Shown here piece after piece: positions 9,137 to 18,378 of a stretch of DNA of 64,000 nt. Position 1 is the first letter of the stretch; each line of letters starts with the position of its first letter. Made by a program: the position numbers and the translations under genes. Location: NCBI GenBank assembly GCA_964526345.1, contig CAZGKI010000010.1, forward strand, positions 19,958 through 83,957, read 5' to 3'. The DNA is from an uncultured Rikenellaceae bacterium (GTDB lineage: Bacteria; Bacteroidota; Bacteroidia; Bacteroidales; VadinHA17). A model generated the notes under the pieces. That model saw nothing but the letters and a program-made list of their open reading frames with translations. It was not told the DNA's origin and did no database searches.

Positions 9137-10885
9137 CTAATTGATATTATAAGTATTTCCAGAGATTTTAATTGATTTCCGGAAATCTTTTTTGGAGATA
9201 AAATGATAAGTGTTCTCGTTGTGGAGAAGACTTACAATTTTTTTGTTAACTGCTATTGAGATTGATGCGTCTGGATCTTTGGACAGAATAAAATCGGCGA
9301 GGAGCAGGGCTTTTTCAATTCCGTCGCCACGGCTGAAATTCCAGACCTCATCTGGAAGAGCAAGTCTCTGGCCATTATAAATTGAATCATCATCAAATTC
9401 AGCAAGTATATCAAAAACTACATCAGTAGTTTTGCCTTTCAGATTATCGATACAAACAGGATTACGTTCTATTGCTGCCTTGACAAAAGGAACCCAGTCG
9501 ATCATATCCATTTGTCTGTAAACATACATTGTGAGCAGCATTGCCTCAGAAGTCACTGAATGCCTGACAATCGAATCAAATATTTTCTCCCTGGGGTCAT
9601 CAGCAGAAATAGATGGTATATTATCCCTGATATAGTTTTTTGCATCATCCGGGATCATTGGATCTGTTGAGATAAAAGCTGCAAGATCGGTGAACATTTC
9701 ATTGATTATATTTTGAGGTATGTGCCCGTTTAACCTTATCAATTGGTTTTTAATCTCCATGAGATCTGAACCCTGATTATTGTTAATTATTGTCTCAACA
9801 TCATTAAGGATTATTTTCCCCTGTAAAGGACTCAGATGAAATTCATCACCTTCTATTTCCCTGATCAGCTGTTCCCTGTTTTCAGGCGAAGCATTGTATT
9901 TACTGGTATGCTCATACTCGAACATCTTCTCAAGTAAAATATATCTTTTTGTGCCGGAGCATTCACATATATATTGAAAAAGGGTTTTATATTTAGATTT
10001 AAAGCGCAGGAAATTTATAAAGATCAGGCAGGTAAGATCAGTCTTTAAAAATTTTCTTAACATGGTTGAAAAAAGATCATAAGCTTCCCAGTCAATTGTG
10101 GCATCATTATAAAGGGTGTGAATATATCCTGAAATATGGGATACAATGGTAACCTTTTCATTCTCAAGTGCTCTCCTTGCTTTTTCCGATAGGGACGTTC
10201 CGTTGTACCACATGTTCTTCGTCACAATCCTTCTGTTGTTGGTAATTAAACCCTCCTTTTCGATGATAAAGTTTTGTGAATGCAGTGGTGTGGCAATTAG
10301 AAATATTTTTTTGAGTGGTATTCTTCCGACAACGAACATCGCAGCGGCGTAAAGGGCAGATAATGAAACACATTCACCAGCACCAGTCGAATAGGTATCC
10401 TTGAACCTGAAGGCGGTCATTGCTTCTATTGTCTCTGTTTTCCAGTAAGGAATAACATCTGAATTGAATTTGTCAAGACCGAAATGTTTCCGGATATCAA
10501 TATCAAAATAGTACTTATCTCCTTCATAACCGAAAAGTGCATTTGACTGTTTCAGCAACTCCATGTCAAAAAAATCGCTGAACCTCTTTATCTCCCTGCT
10601 TTTTGTAGTGAGTCCCCAGGTTGTGAGGTCAAGATTGAAAATGTAATTCTGGATAATGTATTGCTTTATCCTGTTAACCTTGTAAGTAAATCCTTTCTTC
10701 TCAATATTTTTAAACCATGGATCATCACGCCATTTCCAGATGACCGGGGATAAAATATTTGCAAGGACAAGAGGGTAAAACAATTCAGGAAATATGAATA
10801 TCTCCATATCGGAGAGCGTAAAGGCTGACGAATATTTCTCGAGAGTCTTCTTATTGGAGAATTCAGTAATATTTTTTAAATCCAT
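9137..10885 (-). CDS. Conserved hypothetical protein with a possible transglutaminase/papain-like Cys-His core
   Basis: A long 582-aa ORF. 'GAGECVSLSALYAAAMFVVGRIPLKK...ATPLHSQNFI' resembles the G-x-C...GIP-x-R...H core of transglutaminase-like proteins. The function call is weak. Confidence 0.5.
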   Translation of the reverse strand: MDLKNITEFSNKKTLEKYSSAFTLSDMEIFIFPELFYPLVLANILSPVIWKWRDDPWFKNIEKKGFTYKVNRIKQYIIQNYIFNLDLTTWGLTTKSREIKRFSDFFDMELLKQSNALFGYEGDKYYFDIDIRKHFGLDKFNSDVIPYWKTETIEAMTAFRFKDTYSTGAGECVSLSALYAAAMFVVGRIPLKKIFLIATPLHSQNFIIEKEGLITNNRRIVTKNMWYNGTSLSEKARRALENEKVTIVSHISGYIHTLYNDATIDWEAYDLFSTMLRKFLKTDLTCLIFINFLRFKSKYKTLFQYICECSGTKRYILLEKMFEYEHTSKYNASPENREQLIREIEGDEFHLSPLQGKIILNDVETIINNNQGSDLMEIKNQLIRLNGHIPQNIINEMFTDLAAFISTDPMIPDDAKNYIRDNIPSISADDPREKIFDSIVRHSVTSEAMLLTMYVYRQMDMIDWVPFVKAAIERNPVCIDNLKGKTTDVVFDILAEFDDDSIYNGQRLALPDEVWNFSRGDGIEKALLLADFILSKDPDASISIAVNKKIVSLLHNENTYHFISKKDFRKSIKISGNTYNIN

Positions 10886-10943
10886 AAGTTATTAAAGATG
10901 CTACAGACCTGATAACATAACAATAAACAGGATTTAATGTTTA

Positions 10944-11366
10944 TTACAGGAACCTTTCAGTAGTTGAAAAAAAGAAGTCTGATTCCCTTTTTGCATTTTC
11001 ATCACTGTCGGATCCGTGAATAGCATTCAGCTGAACAGAAACTGCAAATAGTTTTCTTATGGTCCCCTGTTCGGCTTTAGCAGGATCAGTCGCCCCGATA
11101 AGCTTACGGAATTCTTCTACAGCGTTTTTATGCTTCAGGATTATAACAAATACGGGACCGGAAATCATGAATTCAATTAAACCATCATAAAAGGGCTTGT
11201 CCTTATGAACAACATAAAAATCCGCGGCTTGTTCGGGAGTAATCTTTACCATTTTCATGGCAACAATTTCGAATCCGGCTTCATTGATCATAGCCAGGAT
11301 GGGACCTATCTTACCTGTCCGTACAGCATTTGGTTTTATAATTGACAATGTGAAATCACCATTCAT
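10944..11366 (-). CDS. ndk: Nucleoside-diphosphate kinase
   Basis: 'FTLSIIKPNAV' and the active-site motif 'NAIHGSDS'. I chose the internal Met (MNGDFTL) as the start, to match the usual NDK N-terminus. Confidence 0.9.
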   Translation of the reverse strand: MNGDFTLSIIKPNAVRTGKIGPILAMINEAGFEIVAMKMVKITPEQAADFYVVHKDKPFYDGLIEFMISGPVFVIILKHKNAVEEFRKLIGATDPAKAEQGTIRKLFAVSVQLNAIHGSDSDENAKRESDFFFSTTERFL

Positions 11367-11450
11367 AGACTGATATTTTGAAATTAGACATAGGAATTTC
11401 TCTTCAGGAATAATGCTTATCTTTACCAACTTAAAAAAACAGTTGCAAAA

Positions 11451-12476
11451 GTGGAAGAATTATCCAAATATACAAAAGAATTAGTAAAACTTTTTTCCAC
11501 CTCCGGGAATATCCTGCTTGTATGCCATATTAATCCTGATGGAGATGCTGTTGGTTCACAATTAGCTCTTTATCATTATCTTAAGGAAAACGGGAAAGAG
11601 GTGGAAATGATCTCACCGAACAACCTCCAGGAGTTTCTGAAATGGATGGACGGAGCAGGAATGATAAACATTTTTATAAAGCAGAGAGCTTTGTGTAAAC
11701 AACTGGTTGAAAAGGCCGATCTGATAATAATGGTCGATTTCAATCAACCTGACAGACTGGGTGAAGCAGAAAAACTGGTTACTTCATCACTCGCAAAAAA
11801 AATAATTATCGATCACCATCGCGATCCATCTGATTTTGCCGATCTTATTATCTCTGATACAGCACGATGTGCTACTTCAGAGATAATTTATGAGCTTCTT
11901 TCGGATATTGACCCGGAGATTCTTAAAAATAAATCAGTAGCTGAATCGCTATATATCGGAATTATAACTGATACCGGCAACTTTGAACATGGTACTTATT
12001 CCGGGCGTACATTCAGAATAGTGGCAGATCTGCTTCAAACGGGTATTGATAAGGATAAGATAAACCACCTTATTTATAATAATTTTACTGACGACCGCAT
12101 GCGGCTGCTGGGTTATTCTCTTAAGGAAAAGATGGTAGTAATACCTGAATATAAGACAGCGTATATTACTCTGAACAAAGAAGATCTTTCTTCTTTCAAT
12201 TATATTAAGGGCGATACTGAAGGTTTTGTAAACATGCCTCTGTCTATAAAAGGAATTGTCTTTTCTGCCCTGTTTATTGAAAAAAGCGGATTCATAAAAA
12301 TCTCATTCCGTTCCAGGGGAAATTTCCCGGTTAATGAATTTGCGTCGGAATATTTTTCAGGAGGAGGGCATATGAATGCCTCCGGTGGAGAGTATCCTGG
12401 TTCTCTTGAAAATACAGTCAGTTATTTCCTGAAAGTACTGAAGGAAAATTTCAGCAGATTCAATAAGAACGCATAA
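11451..12476 (+). CDS. DHH-family phosphoesterase (NrnA-like oligoribonuclease/pAp phosphatase)
   Basis: 'HINPDGDAVGS', 'DHHRD' and DHHA1 'GGGHMNASGG'. GTG start. Confidence 0.8.
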   Translation: MEELSKYTKELVKLFSTSGNILLVCHINPDGDAVGSQLALYHYLKENGKEVEMISPNNLQEFLKWMDGAGMINIFIKQRALCKQLVEKADLIIMVDFNQPDRLGEAEKLVTSSLAKKIIIDHHRDPSDFADLIISDTARCATSEIIYELLSDIDPEILKNKSVAESLYIGIITDTGNFEHGTYSGRTFRIVADLLQTGIDKDKINHLIYNNFTDDRMRLLGYSLKEKMVVIPEYKTAYITLNKEDLSSFNYIKGDTEGFVNMPLSIKGIVFSALFIEKSGFIKISFRSRGNFPVNEFASEYFSGGGHMNASGGEYPGSLENTVSYFLKVLKENFSRFNKNA

Positions 12477-12479
12477 AGA

Positions 12480-12992
12480 ATGGCAATAAGGATCCTCGTA
12501 TTTGCGTTATTAGCAATGTTGCCTGTCTCCTGTGGACGTGGTACCGGAAAAGGCAATATTCAGGTCAGGCCGGGGAAAAAGGAAATGGCAGAGTTGAACA
12601 AGTATCTCGTACAAAAAGACAGGGAAAGGATAGAAAACTATCTTGAGAGGAAAAACCTTAAAATGACTGAGTCACCAGCAGGTTTCTGGTATCTTATAAA
12701 ATCCGAAGGTGAGGGGGATTATTTTATTGATAATGACAGGATTGTAATAGATTATGATTGTTCTCTCCTTGATGGAACAAGATGTTATTCATCAGATGAA
12801 CTTGGTCCAAAGGTTATTATCCTTGGAAAGAGCGAAGTGGAAGCCGGGCTGGATCTGGGCCTAAGAATGTTAAAACCCAGAGGTGAAGCTATCTTTATAT
12901 TACCGCCTTTTCTGGCTTTCGGGCTTCATGGTGACGGAAAGAAAATACCCTCAAGGGCAATAATAGTATATAATGTTCAAATAGTTAATTAA
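12480..12992 (+). CDS. FKBP-type peptidyl-prolyl cis-trans isomerase (lipoprotein)
   Basis: Signal sequence with Cys ('LLAMLPVSCG') and an FKBP-like C-terminal domain ('IDYDCSLLDGT...GLDLGLRMLKPRGEAIFILPPFLAFG'). Confidence 0.75.
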   Translation: MAIRILVFALLAMLPVSCGRGTGKGNIQVRPGKKEMAELNKYLVQKDRERIENYLERKNLKMTESPAGFWYLIKSEGEGDYFIDNDRIVIDYDCSLLDGTRCYSSDELGPKVIILGKSEVEAGLDLGLRMLKPRGEAIFILPPFLAFGLHGDGKKIPSRAIIVYNVQIVN

Positions 12993-13039
12993 TAATATTT
13001 GATAATTTTGTGGAGTATGAAAATAAAAAATGTATGATT

Positions 13040-13537
13040 ATGAATAAAAAAAGAATCAGTTCAGGACTTGTATTCATGTTTATTTTGTTGATATTCTCTA
13101 TTACTTCATGTATGAAGTCGGACGATATGCAAAAGGAACAGCTTGCTCAGATTCAGCTATACCTTGACAATCATCCGGACCTTGATTTTGAGTTGAAAAA
13201 CAGTGGTTTGTATTATCTTGAGACAATCCCGGGATCAGGGCCGGTAGCTGCAACTCATGATACTGCATATTTATTTTTTTCAGGTTACTTTCTTGATGGA
13301 ACCAGTTTTTTATCCAATTCTGGTACGACAGATACTCTTATTATCCCAGTTAATGAGAGCTTGCTGATACTTGGCATAGATGAAGCAATAACTTATATGC
13401 GTGAAGGCGGGCATTGTAAAATTCTTTTTCCATCCGAACTCGGATATGGTAATTCGGGTTATTATTTGAATGCATATACACCTCTAATATTTGACCTGTA
13501 TCTTGCAAAGCTGGTTCCTGGTCCAGGAGGCAAATAG
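13040..13537 (+). CDS. FKBP-type peptidyl-prolyl cis-trans isomerase (lipoprotein)
   Basis: 'MNKKRISSGLVFMFILLIFSITSC' lipoprotein-like leader and an FKBP-like domain ('FFSGYFLDGTSF...GIDEAITYMREGGHCKILFPSELGYG'). The start is moved to the internal Met. Confidence 0.7.
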   Translation: MNKKRISSGLVFMFILLIFSITSCMKSDDMQKEQLAQIQLYLDNHPDLDFELKNSGLYYLETIPGSGPVAATHDTAYLFFSGYFLDGTSFLSNSGTTDTLIIPVNESLLILGIDEAITYMREGGHCKILFPSELGYGNSGYYLNAYTPLIFDLYLAKLVPGPGGK

Positions 13538-13539
13538 TC

Positions 13540-14238
13540 TTACTGCAATACAAAGACCACTAATTTCTTATTCAGGTCAGGTACCGTAATTTTCCATTCT
13601 GAAATCTTTTTTGTTATTATGGATTCAGTTGGAAGCGTTATGTCAGATGCTATACATAAAAGTGTCGCATGCTGACACACGTCAAGAATTGTGTCAATCA
13701 TTTTCTGTGCCCTGTAAGGTGTTTCCATAAATATCTGAGCGTACCCCTGGTGAGCCTTTTTTTCAAGCACTTTAAGCCTTACTGCCCTCTCGTCAGGTCC
13801 GACAGGAAGATAACCGTTGAATGAGAAGTTTTGTCCATTAAGACCCGAGGAAATCAATGCCAGAATAATGGAAGAAGGTCCGGAAAGAGGAGTGACCTTT
13901 ATTTTCATCCGGTGTGCCAGTGCTATTAACCTGGCTCCGGGGTCAGCAATTCCGGGCAAGCCTGCTTCACTCATTATCCCAATGTCATTTCCTTCTAAAA
14001 CAGGGTCGAGGAAATGCACAATATCATTTTCATCTGTATGTTCATTAAGCTCAAAAAAGATAGATTCGTCAATCGGAAATTGCCTGTCGATAAGACGCAA
14101 ATATCTCCTGGCACTTCTGATTTCCTCTACGGCGAAATGTCTGAGACCTCTGGTTATACCAATAACTGTTTCAGGTATTACGTCTTTGAAATTGTTTCCT
14201 CCCAGCGTTACAGGTATGAGGTAAATCTTCCCTTTCAC
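13540..14238 (-). CDS. SAM-dependent methyltransferase, tetrapyrrole-methylase (RsmI-like) fold
   Basis: 'IYLIPVTLG', 'SEAGLPGIADPGARL' and 'GPSSIILALISSGL', typical of the TP_methylase/RsmI family. Confidence 0.7.
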   Translation of the reverse strand: MKGKIYLIPVTLGGNNFKDVIPETVIGITRGLRHFAVEEIRSARRYLRLIDRQFPIDESIFFELNEHTDENDIVHFLDPVLEGNDIGIMSEAGLPGIADPGARLIALAHRMKIKVTPLSGPSSIILALISSGLNGQNFSFNGYLPVGPDERAVRLKVLEKKAHQGYAQIFMETPYRAQKMIDTILDVCQHATLLCIASDITLPTESIITKKISEWKITVPDLNKKLVVFVLQ

Positions 14239-14328
14239 ATTAATTCATTTTATCAAATATAACAAATAAACATTAACCGGTGTGAGAAATAAAAGATCAC
14301 CGATCTTGGCTGTTTTATATTTTTAAGT

Positions 14329-14336
14329 TAGGTTTG
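14329..14336 (+). promoter_or_regulatory. Bacteroidota-type -7 promoter box (TAGGTTTG)
   Basis: Exact TAnnTTTG match 19 nt upstream of the GTG at 14355. Confidence 0.45.
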
Positions 14337-14354
14337 TTATGAAATTTTTTGGAT

Positions 14355-15122
14355 GTGAAAATAACATTTCTTGGAACCGGCACATCTCAGGGAGTACCTG
14401 TTATTGCATGCGATTGTGCAACATGTCTTTCGGAAGACCCTCGCGATAAACGACTTAGAACTTCGCTGTTACTTGAAAGTGAGGAGGTTACACTGCTTTT
14501 TGATGCCGGGCCTGACTTCAGGCAGCAGATGCTCAGGGAAAATGTGAAGAAACTCGATGCTATATTATTAACTCACGAACATAAGGATCATATCGCCGGT
14601 ATGGATGATGTGAGAGCTTTTAATTATAAAAGCCAGGACGCCATCGATATCTATGGTGAAGAAAGAGTTCTGAAAGCTATCAGGCAGGAATTCTCATATG
14701 TATTTGCGGAGTATCATTACCCCGGGATACCTAAAATGAGACTTAACTCGGTTAACGATTATGGTTTTTCAATAAAGGGAATCGCAGTTACGCCTGTCCG
14801 TGTTCGACACATGAACCTGGAAATTTACGGATTCAGAGTTGGGAATTTCGCGTATATTACCGACGCAAATTATATTCCTGCTGAAAGCAAGGAAAAGCTT
14901 ATTGGTGTCAAATATTTGGTTATTAATGCATTAAGAAAGGAGAAGCATATTTCACATTTTAGTCTCAGGGAAGCTATAGATTTCATTAAGGAAATATCAC
15001 CCAAAAAGGCATTTTTAACTCATATCAGCCATCAGATGGGATTGATGAAGGATGTAGAAAAAGAACTGCCTGCCGGAATTGTTTTGGCATATGACGGATT
15101 AAGCCTAACCTGCGATGAATAA
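14355..15122 (+). CDS. MBL-fold metallo-hydrolase (PhnP-like)
   Basis: 'KITFLGTGTSQGVP' and the metal motif 'THEHKDHIAG' (HxHxDH). The start (GTG 14355 versus TTG 14349) is uncertain. Confidence 0.75.
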   Translation: MKITFLGTGTSQGVPVIACDCATCLSEDPRDKRLRTSLLLESEEVTLLFDAGPDFRQQMLRENVKKLDAILLTHEHKDHIAGMDDVRAFNYKSQDAIDIYGEERVLKAIRQEFSYVFAEYHYPGIPKMRLNSVNDYGFSIKGIAVTPVRVRHMNLEIYGFRVGNFAYITDANYIPAESKEKLIGVKYLVINALRKEKHISHFSLREAIDFIKEISPKKAFLTHISHQMGLMKDVEKELPAGIVLAYDGLSLTCDE

Positions 15123-15130
15123 ATTTGTGA

Positions 15131-15337
15131 CTACTTCCTTTTATAGCTTTTGATAAGCTTTTTCTGATACCCTGTCGAGAAATAATATCTGTTCCGGCCA
15201 AGCTGCGATGTATTAACCTTTGATGCTTTCTTCCGTTTCTCCATATATGAATTTTTCTTTGCAGGAGCACAACCGACAGCAAAAGCAAGAAGGATTAAGA
15301 CTAAAAAATACTTTATTATTTTAAATGATTTAGACAT
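15131..15337 (-). CDS. Small basic lipoprotein, hypothetical
   Basis: 68 aa with leader and lipobox 'LLAFAVGCA' and a K/R-rich remainder. No recognisable family. Confidence 0.4.
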   Translation of the reverse strand: MSKSFKIIKYFLVLILLAFAVGCAPAKKNSYMEKRKKASKVNTSQLGRNRYYFSTGYQKKLIKSYKRK

Positions 15338-15544
15338 TCACACCGCTGCTAATTAAATGTTTTCTAAAATTACAACTTATTTAACTATAAAAAAAATTGA
15401 AATTTTCTCTCATTCATGACATACAGGATGATATAAGTTAAAACAATTTTTTAATTGCTATCTTAATTATATCTTGCATATAATATCCGTATCACTTTAT
15501 ACGAGCAATATTTTAAAAAGTTTAACCGGTTTTTGATCAATTTT

Positions 15545-18373
15545 ATGTTGAAATATATGATTTCAGCGTGGAAAAGTAGTTTCAGGGTTCTCCGTTTTTC
15601 GCCGTTGATTATTTTGTTTTATTCTTTACCTGGTCATTCTCAGGTTATTAAGGATATAATTATATCTCAAAATCATGGACTTCATTCAGGAGGTCTGTTA
15701 ATGTCGGATAGCACCATTACTAAATTTAATTCTGACAAACCCTTATTTAGTTTTGTTCTCAATGATAAATATTACAATTCATCTGATATTGAAACATTGA
15801 AGAATGATGGATCATTAAGCCAGCTAATCAGCAATACCCTTAAAATTACTTTCAGCTTGCCCGAACAGTTGCCCGGACGATGGATGGGTGAATTCAGATT
15901 TGAAAATGTCGGACAGGACACATTGATACTCAGTAATTTCGTTCCTTTTGGAGAAGATAATAAATCAGTTTACCTCACTGGATACGGACCTCCGGATCTT
16001 GCAAGGGCCTGCCTGTTTCGTCCCGGTTACCGTCCGGTTAGAGTTATCCTGCCGGACAATGCATGGGAAATGGGATTTACTTCGTTTCCTTCTGAAAAGG
16101 GTATTTCTGTTACTGCGATTGCAAGAAGACAGAAAACCGAGGGAGGGCTGAAAAGAAGATATGAGACCGTATTGCCACCGAAATCGGAAGTTACATATAA
16201 GATGTATTGTGAGGTATTCCGCGGAGAATGGCAGGAGGGTCTCCGGCTGATGTTCAGGGACAGGTACCTTTATGATCTTGATAAATTCGATAATACCCTT
16301 TTTGAAAGACCCGATCTCCAGTGGATAAAGGAGAGCTATATTATCGTTCTGCAGATGGCCTGGGACAGGGAATTTTATGACAGACTCTCTGGCAGATATA
16401 ACTATGGAGAATTTCTTAAAAAGTGCATAGAGAGATTTGGTTATATAGATGTTTTTGGTATATGGCCAACCTGGCCCCGCCTTGGCCTGGATCAGCGGAA
16501 TCAGTGGGACCTTTACCGTGATTTGCCTGGCGGTACGAATCAGCTCCGCAACTTCGCCAGGTTGTCGCGCCCTTATGGCACAAGGTTCTTTATTGCATAT
16601 AACCCCTGGGATAACAGTACACGACCTGAAGATCATTATAAAGGGATGGCAAAACTTATTTCGGAGACTGAAGCCGATGGCGTTGTACTTGATACAAGAG
16701 GAAGCTCAAGTATTGAATTGCAGGCTGCTGCCGACAGTGTGAGAAAAGGAGTGGTTATGTATTCGGAAGGTATGGCAGTCCCTAAAGATATGCCTGGTAT
16801 TATTTCAGGCCGGGTTCATAACGCTATTTTCAATAGTCCCGAAATTAACCTGAATAAATTAATTAAACCCGACTTTGCGATTTTCAGGGTTGCCGATGTT
16901 GGTCAGGATATCATTCATCGTGAAATAGCAATTGCCTTTTTTAACGGCTATGGAACAGAACTTAATATGTTCCGGCCCGGAGGAAGGGATAAAAACCTTG
17001 ACGCAGATCTCGATTTCCTGGCAAGGACTACTTTTACTCTCAGGCAGAATAACGATGCATTCCTTGATAATGACTGGACACCTCTTATAGAGACAACCAC
17101 CGATAACGTATATGTAAACAGATGGAGTTCGGGAGAAAAAACAGTTTATACAGTTTTGAATATGAGACCTGAGGGGATTTCCGGAAAGCTTTTCAGCGTT
17201 CAGAACAAAAGCGGGAAACATTATGTTTCGATATGGAATCATGAGAAGATTATACCGATAAAAGAAAATAGCAGGTCATACATTTCATCAAAGGCAGAAG
17301 GATGGCTCGTAATAAATTCCGGAACAAGGAAAGAAGGATCGGTAGATTGTATTGCTGAATTCCCCGAAATTCTGAAATCAGAATTGAAGGGCGATTCAAT
17401 TAAACTGAGGTATTCAGGAAAAGGCAAAACAATAATCTGGAAGGGAGATCCGTCGTACAATACTCTATCAAAGGAGTTCAGGATCAATAAAGATACGGTT
17501 ATCAGTGTTAAAGATCTGTTTGGTTACTATGAAGGAAAGCTGGTTATTCAGTTCGTTGATAACAAGAGACTTATAGATGAGAATGTTTTGACGCTTAAAG
17601 GGGGTAACCCATGGCTGATCAGCAAAAAAACAATAACTGAAAGAGCTCTGAATACCCCTGCCGATATGGTGCTTGTTCCAGGCACTCCTTTCTCATTTGA
17701 TGTAACTACCGGAGAGGACTTTATGCCATACCCGGATGTTAGTGGTATCGAAACTAAGATCGACTCTTTCCTGATCGACCGGTATCCCGTGACAAATGAA
17801 CAATATTATAATTTTATCTTAAGTTCAGGTTACTACCCTGCAGATACTACAAGATATTTACGTCACTGGTCATCCGGGACATTCAAGCAGGGTCAGGAAA
17901 AGTATCCCGTGGTCTATGTGAGTTTTGAAGATATGCAGGCTTATGCAGAATGGGCAGGGAAAAGATTGCCTGCGCAGGCAGAATGGCAGCTGGCAGCCCA
18001 GGGGACAGATAAGCGGGTATGGCCATGGGGTGATGAATTCCATGGAACCTATTGCAATAATGCGTTCGACAGACCAACGCCCGTTGATGCTTTTCCAAAA
18101 GGCCAGAGCCCATATGGTGCAATGGATATGGTAGGTAACATATGGCAGATGACCAATGATATGTATTTTAACGGAACAAGCTATTTCTCGGTCATCAGGG
18201 GAGGAAGCTATTACCAGCCCGAGTCCAGCTGGTGGTATATCAGGGGCGGTCCTCAACAGCTCGACAAAACTCAGATTATGCTTCTTGTTTCACCCGGGTT
18301 TGACAGAAGTGCCACCGTAGGTTTCAGGTGTGTAATGGATGTGGATAGTAAGAATTTCAAGGGAAAGAGGTAA
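15545..18373 (+). CDS. Large secreted protein: about 700-aa N-terminal region of unknown function fused to a C-terminal SUMF1/EgtB/PvdO (FGE-like) domain
   Basis: The C-terminal domain (about nt 17661-18340) has 'YPVTNEQYYNFI', 'YPVVYVSFEDMQAYAEWAGKRLPAQAEWQLAAQG', 'WPWGDEF', 'GNIWQMTND', 'RGGSYY' and 'GFRCV'. The N-terminus has a hydrophobic leader. The start (15533, 15545 or 15557) is uncertain. Confidence 0.75.
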   Translation: MLKYMISAWKSSFRVLRFSPLIILFYSLPGHSQVIKDIIISQNHGLHSGGLLMSDSTITKFNSDKPLFSFVLNDKYYNSSDIETLKNDGSLSQLISNTLKITFSLPEQLPGRWMGEFRFENVGQDTLILSNFVPFGEDNKSVYLTGYGPPDLARACLFRPGYRPVRVILPDNAWEMGFTSFPSEKGISVTAIARRQKTEGGLKRRYETVLPPKSEVTYKMYCEVFRGEWQEGLRLMFRDRYLYDLDKFDNTLFERPDLQWIKESYIIVLQMAWDREFYDRLSGRYNYGEFLKKCIERFGYIDVFGIWPTWPRLGLDQRNQWDLYRDLPGGTNQLRNFARLSRPYGTRFFIAYNPWDNSTRPEDHYKGMAKLISETEADGVVLDTRGSSSIELQAAADSVRKGVVMYSEGMAVPKDMPGIISGRVHNAIFNSPEINLNKLIKPDFAIFRVADVGQDIIHREIAIAFFNGYGTELNMFRPGGRDKNLDADLDFLARTTFTLRQNNDAFLDNDWTPLIETTTDNVYVNRWSSGEKTVYTVLNMRPEGISGKLFSVQNKSGKHYVSIWNHEKIIPIKENSRSYISSKAEGWLVINSGTRKEGSVDCIAEFPEILKSELKGDSIKLRYSGKGKTIIWKGDPSYNTLSKEFRINKDTVISVKDLFGYYEGKLVIQFVDNKRLIDENVLTLKGGNPWLISKKTITERALNTPADMVLVPGTPFSFDVTTGEDFMPYPDVSGIETKIDSFLIDRYPVTNEQYYNFILSSGYYPADTTRYLRHWSSGTFKQGQEKYPVVYVSFEDMQAYAEWAGKRLPAQAEWQLAAQGTDKRVWPWGDEFHGTYCNNAFDRPTPVDAFPKGQSPYGAMDMVGNIWQMTNDMYFNGTSYFSVIRGGSYYQPESSWWYIRGGPQQLDKTQIMLLVSPGFDRSATVGFRCVMDVDSKNFKGKR

Positions 18374-18378
18374 GAGGC

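Noticed and set aside
11268-11276. tRNA T-loop-like 'TTCGAATCC' strings (also at 42198-42206)
   Set aside because: Both lie inside well-supported coding sequences (ndk and the radical SAM gene). Neither has a flanking acceptor or anticodon stem, so there is no tRNA gene.
15965-16636. 223-aa antisense ORF inside the FGE-like protein gene
   Set aside because: It lies entirely within, and opposite to, a long ORF with recognisable domains. Its sequence is low-complexity with no motif. It is most likely a chance open frame.
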